Made by a program: the position numbers and the translations under genes. Positions 1 through 8,869 of a stretch of 64,000 bases of DNA are shown here, one piece after another. Position 1 is the stretch's first letter. Each line of letters starts with the position of its first letter. The notes beneath the pieces are model-generated. The model was given only the letters and a program-made list of their open reading frames with translations. It did no database searches and was not told the origin of the DNA. Origin of the DNA: Gammaproteobacteria bacterium (GTDB lineage: Bacteria > Pseudomonadota > Gammaproteobacteria > Pseudomonadales > Azotimanducaceae); NCBI GenBank assembly GCA_009842245.1, contig VYFT01000026.1:13465-77464 (forward strand). The letters run 5' to 3'.

Positions 1-410
1 CCGACTACGGTACCGAAACCTATCAGTTATCGGCTACACCGGTGCACCACGGCGATGTACCCACTTTAGCGTGGCGGGTAGATATTGGCGATCACTCGTT
101 GGTCTTCGCTCTTGCTTTCAGCAATCGCAATGATGTGTTGGCTGAATTTGCGAAAGATGTCGACATCATCGTGTTCACTCATGCACTTCCTGTAGGTACT
201 GTGGGACCAAATACAGACAAGTTTCTACTACCACGCGAAATCGGGAGAATTTCAAAACGAGCTGAACCACGATTCATCGTCTTGGGTGGGCGTAACTGGC
301 GTACCAAAGGTCGAGAAGCTCACTCTCTTGAAGAAATCCAAAAGGAATTCGACGGTAAAATACTCTTACCCGACGACCTTCAATGTTGGGGACAAAAAAG
401 AAATCGTTAG
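1..410 (+). CDS. MBL-fold metallo-hydrolase-like protein, C-terminal fragment (5' end lies outside the window)
   Basis: The reading frame is open from base 3 to the TAG at 408-410. The translation (HHGDVPTLAWRVDIGDHSLVF...DIIVFTHALP) resembles the C-terminal half of beta-lactamase-fold hydrolases. The assignment is weak. Confidence 0.4.
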   Translation, partial: DYGTETYQLSATPVHHGDVPTLAWRVDIGDHSLVFALAFSNRNDVLAEFAKDVDIIVFTHALPVGTVGPNTDKFLLPREIGRISKRAEPRFIVLGGRNWRTKGREAHSLEEIQKEFDGKILLPDDLQCWGQKRNR

Positions 411-420
411 GAGTTAGACT

Positions 421-540
421 TTGGGTAAAGGTGATTTACGAACGCGACGTGGCAAGATTGTTCGAGGTACGAACGGAAATACTCGTCCCAAAAAGAAAAA
501 ACCAGTACCGCCAAAAAAGGACGTCGAAGAGGGTAGTTAA
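421..540 (+). CDS. 30S ribosomal protein bTHX-like small protein (39 aa)
   Basis: Hand translation from a TTG start at 421: MGKGDLRTRRGKIVRGTNGNTRPKKKKPVPPKKDVEEGS, ending at TAA 538-540. An AGGAG (409-413) lies 7 nt upstream. The N-terminus matches the MGKGDxRTxRGK signature of THX. It is absent from the ORF track because it is under 60 aa. Confidence 0.6.
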   Translation: MGKGDLRTRRGKIVRGTNGNTRPKKKKPVPPKKDVEEGS

Positions 541-577
541 CCCCACCAACGACGAGCGCTTATTTACTTAGGATCGA

Positions 578-946
578 TTACCTTGTTGGATAATACGCGC
601 GAGACTCGTCCCGACGAATTTCACCGTCCTGTACAAGTTTTGTTAGTGCAACACTAACACTCTGTGCTTTGTTGCTTTTGACATCAATACCCAAACCTTC
701 ACAGATAGCCTTTCGTCGAATTCCTGGTTGTGCTTGAACCAACTTTAAGATCTGAGTGCGTCGATTCCCCGACACGTTTCGACTACCGGAAACAGTACGT
801 TCATATTGCAGGATCGCAACCATTTCTCGGTCGAGGGCAGCAATCTGCTCTTCGATGTCTCTAATTTGTTGTTCGTATTCTCGTTTCAGTCCTAAGATGC
901 GACTTCTTTCATCTGCGATATATTCCGCAAATGTCTTAGTTTCCAT
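578..946 (-). CDS. hypothetical coiled-coil plus winged-helix DNA-binding protein
   Basis: The ORF runs 578..967. I prefer the internal ATG at 946 (METKTF...) because a GGAG lies 9 nt upstream. The N-terminal half is a heptad-like charged helix. The C-terminal half (RRTQILKLVQAQPGIRRKAICEGLGI...ALTKLVQDGEIRR) looks like a wHTH. Confidence 0.45.
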   Translation of the reverse strand: METKTFAEYIADERSRILGLKREYEQQIRDIEEQIAALDREMVAILQYERTVSGSRNVSGNRRTQILKLVQAQPGIRRKAICEGLGIDVKSNKAQSVSVALTKLVQDGEIRRDESRAYYPTR

Positions 947-1145
947 CGGTTTACACTCCACAATCAATATTGACTAAAAGTGTTTATGTCACAACAACAC
1001 AATTTTGTCAAAGGTTTCAATAGTTTTGTTTTAACTCTAGTCTAAGCTATTTTAGTGGAATATGACAAATTCGATATAAAGCTTCTGAAGTAAGGTTAAT
1101 CTTGTTAGTCAACTTTACTTACATGTCATACTTACGTTTTATTAG

Positions 1146-1715
1146 TTGCCAACGAACATGATGATAAAAGTCATTAAGTTCGCGTTCAAAGGAATTGAGT
1201 TAAATACTCACACGACCGTCCCTTTCGATGAAGTCAAGAAACGACTGAAGCGATACTCATTTACGAAAGCCATTTTTGGGAAGACAGAGAGAGTAGTAGC
1301 ACGAGCGCGCAATGAGAACGTAACGATGTATCGACTTGGCGTTCCACTTTTGATAATGGGTAAGCCCGTGTTATATACTCGTATGGTCTCCGACGAGACC
1401 GGTACTTTGATATCGGGGAAATTTACGTTTTCGATTTTTAGCCGTGTAGTGTTTTGGTTAGGGCACATCAGTGTGTTTGTGTTGTTCGGAATCGGGATAT
1501 TTCGCATGATCATAGCGCAATCACAAAACGAGCCTATGCTGTGGTACATACGAGGGTCTTTTGCTGTTTTGATCGGTGGTATGTTAGGTTTTCTGATTTA
1601 CTCGTGGTACAGTTGGACTTGGCAAAATCGTCGCGACGACATGAAAATGCTTGCTGAATCACTGAAGCTCGTATTGACCACAATCGTGCCGGAGGACAAT
1701 AACAAACCTCAGTAG
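1146..1715 (+). CDS. hypothetical membrane protein (two predicted TM helices in the C-terminal half)
   Basis: 189-aa ORF with hydrophobic stretches VVFWLGHISVFVLFGIGIFRMII and SFAVLIGGMLGFLIYSWYSW. The start could be TTG 1146 or ATG 1158/1161. I recognise no family. Confidence 0.45.
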   Translation: MPTNMMIKVIKFAFKGIELNTHTTVPFDEVKKRLKRYSFTKAIFGKTERVVARARNENVTMYRLGVPLLIMGKPVLYTRMVSDETGTLISGKFTFSIFSRVVFWLGHISVFVLFGIGIFRMIIAQSQNEPMLWYIRGSFAVLIGGMLGFLIYSWYSWTWQNRRDDMKMLAESLKLVLTTIVPEDNNKPQ

Positions 1716-2116
1716 TCTGGAGGATCTTCCATTTGATCCGCTAGCTTGAAAGTAATCTCGCTTTCAACATTCTCTGTGACCACGAAAGCTCCGGCTTTCT
1801 TAGCCGGGCGGAACACCCACGAACGTACGTATCTCAACGCTTCAGCATCGAACACGTCCGGTGGTTCTGCTTCTACAACCGACACATTAGCCACAGTGCC
1901 GTCAATTTGAATGTCATACTGAACAGTGACGGAGCCCGTGATTTTAGATCTCTTTGCTTCCTCTGGATATACAAGATCATCCCACGATATCAGTGCAAAT
2001 GGTTGATAGGACGTAGACACACATCCCAACGGAGCGAACATGAACGTAGCGTAGAGCACGAGGCTCAGCAAACTCAGACAACGTCTTTGATTTTGTGGTT
2101 CTTGAGTCATCGCCAA
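1709..2116 (-). CDS. TonB C-terminal domain-containing periplasmic protein (short, no Pro-rich spacer)
   Basis: N-terminal hydrophobic leader followed by YPEEAKRSKITGSVTVQYDIQIDGTVANVSVVEAEPPDVFDAEALRYVRSWVFRP, a typical TonB_C fold sequence. Confidence 0.6.
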   Translation of the reverse strand: MAMTQEPQNQRRCLSLLSLVLYATFMFAPLGCVSTSYQPFALISWDDLVYPEEAKRSKITGSVTVQYDIQIDGTVANVSVVEAEPPDVFDAEALRYVRSWVFRPAKKAGAFVVTENVESEITFKLADQMEDPPDY

Positions 2117-2155
2117 TTCTCGAACTGCTGTTGAACAAAGAAAGAATTCAAACGC

Positions 2156-3124
2156 TTACAGACCCCTAGCAATCGTGTGGATCATAGTCTGTAGTTCTCC
2201 TTCATGCGAGTTAAGTGTTTTAGCTAGTTCAAACTGTTCTAACGCTCGAACCATGTTTTCACCTTCTTGATTCACTTTGAAGTACGGATTTCCAAGAAAG
2301 TGATCTGTCAAAAATCGTACACCCAACATCATACTCATATATGTTGGTGCAAAAGCGTAGTATTCCATCTCCGCATCAGTGACAGGAAACTTTTCAAAAA
2401 AACCGTTGCAAACCGAACTGATACGATGTTTAAGTCGAACGTCACTCGAAATACCCATTGCTATTGAACGCACGAGATCACCGAAATCCCAAACGGGATA
2501 TCCCCACATTAGGGTGTCTGTGTCAACAATTCGGATCACTTTGTTCTCCGAAAGATCAAACAGTAAATTGTTGACTTTGCAATCGCCGTGAATGATCTGT
2601 TCTGGACCGGTTGGCGCTTTCTCATCGACGAGCTTCCGATATCGCTCTATTAGTGTTCGATCCAGTTGATTTAAGTCCTCGCGCCACGCTTCCTCGAGCT
2701 CGTTGAGATAGTACCGAAAATCGTGAAAATTTGGTATGACTGGTTCTAATGAAACATCACAGTTTCGCAATCGATACAGAAACAGTCCAAATGCCTGACC
2801 AGCGACATGGACCATCTCATCAGGTACTGATTGAAAATTTCTTGATCGGTAGTACTCAGAACATCGCCAGACATCTCCGTTTTGATCCTCAAAGCAATCT
2901 GAGCCTTGTTCGGTTGTTATTAGCCGAGGTACGAGGTCTCGTACGTTGTCGTAGACTCTCTTAAAGTTTGCGACAACTTCCTTCGGTTGCAGAAATACTC
3001 GTTTATTAATACGTTGAAGTACGAACTGATTGCTGATACAGTACGTGTCATTAATCAGACCACGTCCCAATTTGATTGGTAGACCCGTAAATCCCCAAGC
3101 TGCTAACACGGGCTCAGGTATCAT
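2156..3124 (-). CDS. APH-fold (aminoglycoside phosphotransferase family) kinase, possibly a sugar/hexosamine kinase
   Basis: Brenner-type catalytic motif IIHGDCKVNNLLFD, DTD metal site and an N-terminal GLINDTY loop. ATG 3124 is preferred over TTG 3187 and overlaps the GH20 stop by 11 nt. Substrate is inferred only from the neighbouring gene. Confidence 0.65.
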   Translation of the reverse strand: MIPEPVLAAWGFTGLPIKLGRGLINDTYCISNQFVLQRINKRVFLQPKEVVANFKRVYDNVRDLVPRLITTEQGSDCFEDQNGDVWRCSEYYRSRNFQSVPDEMVHVAGQAFGLFLYRLRNCDVSLEPVIPNFHDFRYYLNELEEAWREDLNQLDRTLIERYRKLVDEKAPTGPEQIIHGDCKVNNLLFDLSENKVIRIVDTDTLMWGYPVWDFGDLVRSIAMGISSDVRLKHRISSVCNGFFEKFPVTDAEMEYYAFAPTYMSMMLGVRFLTDHFLGNPYFKVNQEGENMVRALEQFELAKTLNSHEGELQTMIHTIARGL

Positions 3125-5039
3125 CAACGAACGCCATTGCCACGGGGAGAAGATACTCTCCGAACGGGCCAAGTAGATTGGAATCAAAAACTTCTAATCC
3201 GAGTGCGACATCCGCGAGCTTCGCCAGTGCTTCTGATGCCGGACGCAGTTCGGCAAGATCCGGGTATCGGTTGACACACTCGTCAAACAAAGTACGTTGA
3301 TTTTGCCAACCCTGGATCCAATGAGCCACATCCTCGCCTCGTTTAATACGTCGAATCAATCGGGTTGCTACGAGACTCTCCGGTGGTATCCGGTCGACGA
3401 CACGATTCAGTGGGGAGTGCTGGTTATAGGGACGTGAATAAGAACTTTCATCGCGCCCATCCGTGCGAGCTTGTACTCTTTCCATCGAGAGTACTCGAGC
3501 GTACCATTTAACGGGTTCCAACATTTCGAATAAGGGAATTAATTCCGAGCAGGGATGAATCTTGTAAACGTCTGAAACATCAGGGAGACCTAATTTTGGT
3601 AGCCCTTTGAGACATACGCAAAGTCGATCATACATACCGTCAACACCCATGCCGTCTAATTCGCTCCAGAGCCGTTCTGCGATAGCTGGTGTACGAGTCC
3701 AAACTCGAGTTAATAAGAGCTCATCGGAAACCAACTCGGACCACATGCATGCTTCGCCACCCAATATAACCCCTTCTTTTCGAGCCGGTAGATCCGGAAA
3801 TTCTCCAAAGTCTTGATGCCAACGAACACCGTCTGCAACATGCGCAAGCACCGGCTCATCCCGAATTTGTTCATCAACACGCTGCCACTCCTGCGAAGAC
3901 ATTTGGGGCGAATACGCGTAGTGAACAGCCGCGCTGTAATGAAGATCCAAGTAGAAAGGTGCAGATACGATCGTAGGGTAACCGGACGCTATCGATGTCT
4001 CCCGGGCGCGCAACCCACGCCACGCCTGAACTACTACAGAAGTAGGCAACGTCTCGTGTATTGCTTCGTCCCAAACGATCGGTCTCTTGTTTAACTCAGA
4101 CAAGTGTTGGCAAATTTCTACGGTGAAGTGCGCTTGAATATCTCGAACGTTCTTCAGTTGATGCTCAGCTGCCCAGTCCTGAACGCGAGAGGAATTCTCC
4201 CAATAGTCTGGATCTACCTCATCTCCACCCACATGTATGTACTCATCCGGAAAAGCTTGCGCGATTTCCTCAAACAACGTCAGTACGGCTTTCATTGCAT
4301 TAGGATTGGACGGATCGAGGCAAGCAGGATGAGATCCAAATTCGATTAGCTCATTTTCATTCACAGCACCTAAACCCCACTCGGGGTGTTGCACTAACCA
4401 AGAAGACGTGTGTCCTGGTACGTCGAGTTCCGGTACTACTCGAATTCCAAGATCAGCAGCGTAGGAAACGAGTTGACTGATCTCGTCCAGCGAATAGTGG
4501 TCAGAGGAGACCAGCTCTGGGTACTGCTCGCTTCCGAAGCGAAAACCTTGGTCGTCAGACATGTGGAGGTGAAGGACATTCATTTTGAAGTGATGCATGA
4601 GGTCGCAACACTGGTAAAGGGTTGAAAGTTTGATGAAGTGTCTGGCCACATCTACTAGAAGACCTCGCCACGGATGCTTTGGTCCATCAATGATCTCGCA
4701 CTCTGGTAGCCGATCACCAAAACCAACCCGTAACTGTGCTAATGTACTTACAGCCGCTAACACGCCCCACTCTTCTTTTGCGATTACGGAAATTCGTTTT
4801 TCGTTTATGGAAAGAACATACTCATAGTTACTCTCTAGATTGGGTACCGAATCGAACTCTTCGTTGTCGATAACGCAAGAGAATGAACAATCTTCGAGAT
4901 CTAGTCGTGAAACCGCGCGACGAACCCGATTCGATGAACAGTCTAGCTCCTGTCCAAGGTCTCCCTTGTGCGTTCGGTTGTCGCCAAATGCAATGTCCTT
5001 AGGGAATGGTATGAGGGGTGGAATCGAATAAATCTGCAT
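3114..5039 (-). CDS. beta-N-acetylhexosaminidase, glycoside hydrolase family 20
   Basis: Contains the motifs HLHMSDDQGFRF and HVGGDEV (catalytic D-E pair) characteristic of GH20. No N-terminal signal peptide is visible. Confidence 0.85.
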   Translation of the reverse strand: MQIYSIPPLIPFPKDIAFGDNRTHKGDLGQELDCSSNRVRRAVSRLDLEDCSFSCVIDNEEFDSVPNLESNYEYVLSINEKRISVIAKEEWGVLAAVSTLAQLRVGFGDRLPECEIIDGPKHPWRGLLVDVARHFIKLSTLYQCCDLMHHFKMNVLHLHMSDDQGFRFGSEQYPELVSSDHYSLDEISQLVSYAADLGIRVVPELDVPGHTSSWLVQHPEWGLGAVNENELIEFGSHPACLDPSNPNAMKAVLTLFEEIAQAFPDEYIHVGGDEVDPDYWENSSRVQDWAAEHQLKNVRDIQAHFTVEICQHLSELNKRPIVWDEAIHETLPTSVVVQAWRGLRARETSIASGYPTIVSAPFYLDLHYSAAVHYAYSPQMSSQEWQRVDEQIRDEPVLAHVADGVRWHQDFGEFPDLPARKEGVILGGEACMWSELVSDELLLTRVWTRTPAIAERLWSELDGMGVDGMYDRLCVCLKGLPKLGLPDVSDVYKIHPCSELIPLFEMLEPVKWYARVLSMERVQARTDGRDESSYSRPYNQHSPLNRVVDRIPPESLVATRLIRRIKRGEDVAHWIQGWQNQRTLFDECVNRYPDLAELRPASEALAKLADVALGLEVFDSNLLGPFGEYLLPVAMAFVDDT

Positions 5040-5069
5040 ATACCGATTCTTGTGTTTTAAAAACGAGGA

Positions 5070-5546
5070 TTAATGTCCTCGAACTGCTCTAGTCCAGGCA
5101 ATGGTCTCGATCGCCGCGCTGGCGAGTTCGATTCCCTTGTTGAATTGGTCTGTAGTTGCGCGAGCAACAATTTGCTTTTCATCGGTGGCGGGAATAATTC
5201 CGTTAATCACGATTACGTCGTAATCGATCGATGCTTTGGTTAGACCAAATGCGCATGAATTCACAATCATCTCAAAGTGTCGAGTCTCCCCTTTTAGGAC
5301 GATTCCGATACAGACTATAGCGACTAAATCCGAATCATTTTCTTTCAAAATTCGAACTGCATAGGGAAATTCATAGGTTCCTGGCAGCTGATGACGTTGG
5401 ACAACCGCCGCTTGTTGAACCAGGATTTGTTCACATCGGTCGGCAATGTTATTGACGTACTCTGCATGCCACTTTGAGGTAAGTATCGCCACTCTCGCAT
5501 CGGGTACACGTGGCAATTCATCGGTATTCATAGGTGTTAATGACAA
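5070..5546 (-). CDS. ribH: 6,7-dimethyl-8-ribityllumazine synthase
   Basis: 158 aa with VAILTSKWH...LPGTYEFPYA...CIGIVLKGETRHFEMI, the lumazine synthase signature. Confidence 0.85.
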   Translation of the reverse strand: MSLTPMNTDELPRVPDARVAILTSKWHAEYVNNIADRCEQILVQQAAVVQRHQLPGTYEFPYAVRILKENDSDLVAIVCIGIVLKGETRHFEMIVNSCAFGLTKASIDYDVIVINGIIPATDEKQIVARATTDQFNKGIELASAAIETIAWTRAVRGH

Positions 5547-5556
5547 AGAGTTCTAC

Positions 5557-5970
5557 CTATTCGGGTTGCAGTTGCATAACGAAATGTTCGTTCGAGACTT
5601 TTGTGAAGCCTATCCGCGTAACGAAGTCTGTATGGTTTCTACACCGTGCGTGAACGACGCGCCCGCCTTTTGACTCGATTAGCCCGACAGCGTGAAGTAA
5701 CATCCATCGCCCTAAACCCTGATTTTGGTAGGGTTGAGAGACCGTGAGTGAGAGTACCGAAAAATTCCATGGGTCATTTTGTTCTATTTCGTATGCAGCG
5801 ATGACTTCACCTTCGTCCTTCGCGATTCTGATCCAGTCTAGCTCAGTTTCGCATGATATGTCGCGAGCAAGTAACTCTTCAGGTCGCTCGTGCCAATGTG
5901 GACGATAAATGGGAAATCGTCGAGGTGCTGTCGGCTCTACACCGTGACGCACAGGAATAAGTTCACGCAT
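5557..5970 (-). CDS. GNAT family N-acetyltransferase
   Basis: Acetyl-CoA-binding motif QNQGLGRWMLLHAV. ATG 5970 is preferred over GTG 6003 and gives an 8-nt overlap with the upstream gene's stop. Confidence 0.6.
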   Translation of the reverse strand: MRELIPVRHGVEPTAPRRFPIYRPHWHERPEELLARDISCETELDWIRIAKDEGEVIAAYEIEQNDPWNFSVLSLTVSQPYQNQGLGRWMLLHAVGLIESKGGRVVHARCRNHTDFVTRIGFTKVSNEHFVMQLQPE

Positions 5971-7864
5971 GCACCGGTACGCTGTGTAATCGCACCACCT
6001 CACGTTTAAGCGCTTCTAAATTTACGTCCGACCCCTCAATTGGAGCTGATAGCGCTACGCCTAGTTTCGATCGCAAATTCAGAGATCCTTTAAATAGTCC
6101 CTCGCCGTGATTAGTAAATTTGGTACCCCACAATCCTTGCAGTGCTGCAGGAATTACCGGAACCGGAGTAGTTTCGAGAATTTTCATTATGCCACTCTTA
6201 AACTCTCCAATTTTGCCATCTGGTGTCAATCGACCTTCGGGGAAGATACATAGCAAATCACCTTCTTCGAGAGCTTTTTCTATATCCTCGAATGCTTTGT
6301 CATAGGTCTCTGGGTCTGAGGACTTGGGTGCAATGGGAATCGTTCGACACGCACGGAACAGATAGTTCAAAACCGGGGTGTCATAAACATCCTTAGCCAT
6401 AACAAACCGAATGGGTCGGCGTACCGCACCAGCGAGAACTAATGCATCAATGTAGCTCACATGATTACTGGCAATTAATGCGCCACCTTTTTCTGGTACC
6501 AGATCGATTCCGGTGTGATCTACGCGGTAGAGGGAATGGGACAACATCCAGACCACAAAACGCATGGTGAATTCGGGCACTTGTAAGAAAATATAAACGG
6601 ATACAACTGCGTTAAAAATAGACATAAACAGGAACAGTGAAGGGATATTCCACTTGAATGCTTCGATCCAAAGCAAAGACCAAAGCGCACCACAAACAAC
6701 CAACGCCGCATTCATCACGTTATTCGCTGCAACTACGCGTGCTCGTCGGTCCACAGGTGTACGTACTTGAATGAGAGTCTGTAAAGGTACAACGTACACC
6801 CCCATGAAAAATCCAATGCAAATCATTTCTATCAAGACTCGATACGAACTGGGCGTTTGCAAAAATCCAATGATGCCTCTAGGATCGACTTCAGGGATGG
6901 CATTAAGTGCAAAGAAAAGATCAATCCCAATCACACTAATGAAAAATGCACCAATTGGAACAAGACCCATTTCGACACGTTTGCGCGACAACTTTTCGCA
7001 GGTGAGAGATCCTAGGGCGATCGATATAGTTATGACTGACAAGAGGAGTGTGAACACACTCTTGGTCCCGTGCAAGTAGTCCTCAGTCAGATTTGGAAAC
7101 TGAGCTAAATACACCGCTCCAAGACTCCAAAACCAAGCGACTCCGAGAATTGATCGCATCACCGACCGACGTTCACTGGCAATCCTTAACAAGTCTATAG
7201 TCACTGTAACTGGGTTCCAATTGGGTTTCGAATCCATGTGTGATCGAGCCTTTGGAATAAAGTAAGAAGATATCAATCCAACAACTGCAACCACAATGAT
7301 CACAACCGTTAGAGCAACGGGCATCACGTAGTCGACATTTCGTTCCTGCTCCGTTCCAACCAATTGTGTTCCGATGATGGTACCGAGTAAGATAGCGACA
7401 AATGTCCCCATCTCTACAACTCCGTTACCACCTACGATTTCGGTATTGTCGAGATGCTGTGGTAAGATTGAAAACTTCAACGGACCGAAAAACGCCGACT
7501 GGGTTCCTAGCAAAAATAGGACGCCGAGCATGAGAATTGGCAGTTTTAACAAGAAAGTAAGCGCGATGAGGATCGCGATAGCAAGTTCCCCATATTTGAC
7601 GTAGGTAATCAGCCGCGACTTTTCGAAATAGTCGGCAAGAGTTCCAGCAGTCGCCGAAAACAGGAAAAAGGGCAAAGACAATAAACCCTGTGCTGCAATC
7701 ACGTAGATGTTCTCGTGTTCTTCAGCCACGAGTATCGTAAACGTGAACAACGCAACGAGTCCAGCTTTATAAAGGTTGTCGTTGAACGCACCGAGAAACT
7801 GCGTTACGAACAACGGAAGAAATCGCCGTAGCTTTAGGAGACCGAACTGGGACTTAGCAGACAA
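5963..7864 (-). CDS. fused MFS lysophospholipid transporter (LplT-like) and PlsC-type acyltransferase
   Basis: The N-terminal ~400 aa is a multi-TM MFS (FVTQFLGAFNDN). The C-terminal domain carries the HX4D acyltransferase motif (SNHVSYIDALVL) and FPEGR. TTG start. Confidence 0.75.
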   Translation of the reverse strand: MSAKSQFGLLKLRRFLPLFVTQFLGAFNDNLYKAGLVALFTFTILVAEEHENIYVIAAQGLLSLPFFLFSATAGTLADYFEKSRLITYVKYGELAIAILIALTFLLKLPILMLGVLFLLGTQSAFFGPLKFSILPQHLDNTEIVGGNGVVEMGTFVAILLGTIIGTQLVGTEQERNVDYVMPVALTVVIIVVAVVGLISSYFIPKARSHMDSKPNWNPVTVTIDLLRIASERRSVMRSILGVAWFWSLGAVYLAQFPNLTEDYLHGTKSVFTLLLSVITISIALGSLTCEKLSRKRVEMGLVPIGAFFISVIGIDLFFALNAIPEVDPRGIIGFLQTPSSYRVLIEMICIGFFMGVYVVPLQTLIQVRTPVDRRARVVAANNVMNAALVVCGALWSLLWIEAFKWNIPSLFLFMSIFNAVVSVYIFLQVPEFTMRFVVWMLSHSLYRVDHTGIDLVPEKGGALIASNHVSYIDALVLAGAVRRPIRFVMAKDVYDTPVLNYLFRACRTIPIAPKSSDPETYDKAFEDIEKALEEGDLLCIFPEGRLTPDGKIGEFKSGIMKILETTPVPVIPAALQGLWGTKFTNHGEGLFKGSLNLRSKLGVALSAPIEGSDVNLEALKREVVRLHSVPVHA

Positions 7865-8142
7865 TTGATTGGTCTATCAAGGAACTGTGAGTCAAGTTTT
7901 GTACTCCAAAGTACATGTTGAAATACGACTACCTGCGGACTCACCCGCAAAGTACCGTGGAGTTTGAAATTATATTTCAAGAGCTGGTTCTAAATTATGG
8001 TTATATGTATATATAGATCAGTCAAATTCGTACGAAAATTCGAGTCTTTAAAATACTTTGTAACGTTTTTATAAACGAAGGAATGAACCTCAATTCACGT
8101 AAATTACAGTACGAGTAAGTACTTTCTCAACGGAGAAATCAA

Positions 8143-8814
8143 ATGAAATCAGGGTTACAACTCTTCTGCTTCGCAGTCGTGGGCACGGTTCTACTCGCGG
8201 CGACTGCTTCTGCTCAAAGTAATTATGGCTCTCGTGGTGGCTGGGGATGGCAGGAACCATCTATTACTGATATTCGGGAACGCTCAACTGAGAGCTTTAA
8301 ACTTTTAGATGAAGACGAAAACGGATCGATAACGTTGGAAGAAATTGATCTCGCGAGTTTATCTGAAGAAGAGACAGAGGAGCTGAGCAATGAAGAGCTA
8401 CGTGCTCGACGACAACGGTCATCTTTAGCTTCAAGCATGTTCCTACGGTGGACTGACGAAATGGACGCATTTGAAATAAGCGATACCAACGGCGACGGGT
8501 TCATGACAAGGGAAGAATTTGAGAATCGCAGAGCAGTTATTCGAACACACATGCTCAAAGAAGGAATTTCTATTTATGATACCGACCAAAATGGAAGCGT
8601 TGAACTCACCGAGTTTAATGCCAATCTCAGAGACTTGGAAGACATCGACACGGACGGTAGTGGAACTCTGTCGCGCGCAGAACTGGCCAAAGTCGACGAC
8701 AGTGAATTGATTCGAAGTGTTCGTGTCAGCCAATATCGTGGTTGGGAGTCTCGCCGTTGGAGTTCCGGCAGTAGGTCGACACAACGAGATCGAGACAGTC
8801 GTAGTAGCCGATAG
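8143..8814 (+). CDS. secreted EF-hand calcium-binding protein (four EF loops)
   Basis: Signal peptide ending ATASAQ. EF loops are DEDENGSITLEE, DTNGDGFMTREE, DTDQNGSVELTE and DTDGSGTLSRAE. The tail is Arg/Ser-rich. Confidence 0.8.
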   Translation: MKSGLQLFCFAVVGTVLLAATASAQSNYGSRGGWGWQEPSITDIRERSTESFKLLDEDENGSITLEEIDLASLSEEETEELSNEELRARRQRSSLASSMFLRWTDEMDAFEISDTNGDGFMTREEFENRRAVIRTHMLKEGISIYDTDQNGSVELTEFNANLRDLEDIDTDGSGTLSRAELAKVDDSELIRSVRVSQYRGWESRRWSSGSRSTQRDRDSRSSR

Positions 8815-8869
8815 AGCGAGTTGTTCTCTGTCTGCATCCTGATTGCACGTGTAGGGACGAACTTGTTCG

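Noticed and set aside
383-571. 62-aa ORF from the track (MLGTKKKSLGVRLW...).
   Set aside because: It has a low-complexity product and no RBS. The overlapping +1-frame ORF at 421-540 has an AGGAG RBS and a recognisable THX-like product, so that ORF is the better call.
5547-5556. I looked for an FMN riboswitch upstream of ribH.
   Set aside because: Only 10 nt separate ribH from the upstream GNAT stop, which leaves no room for the ~150-nt element.
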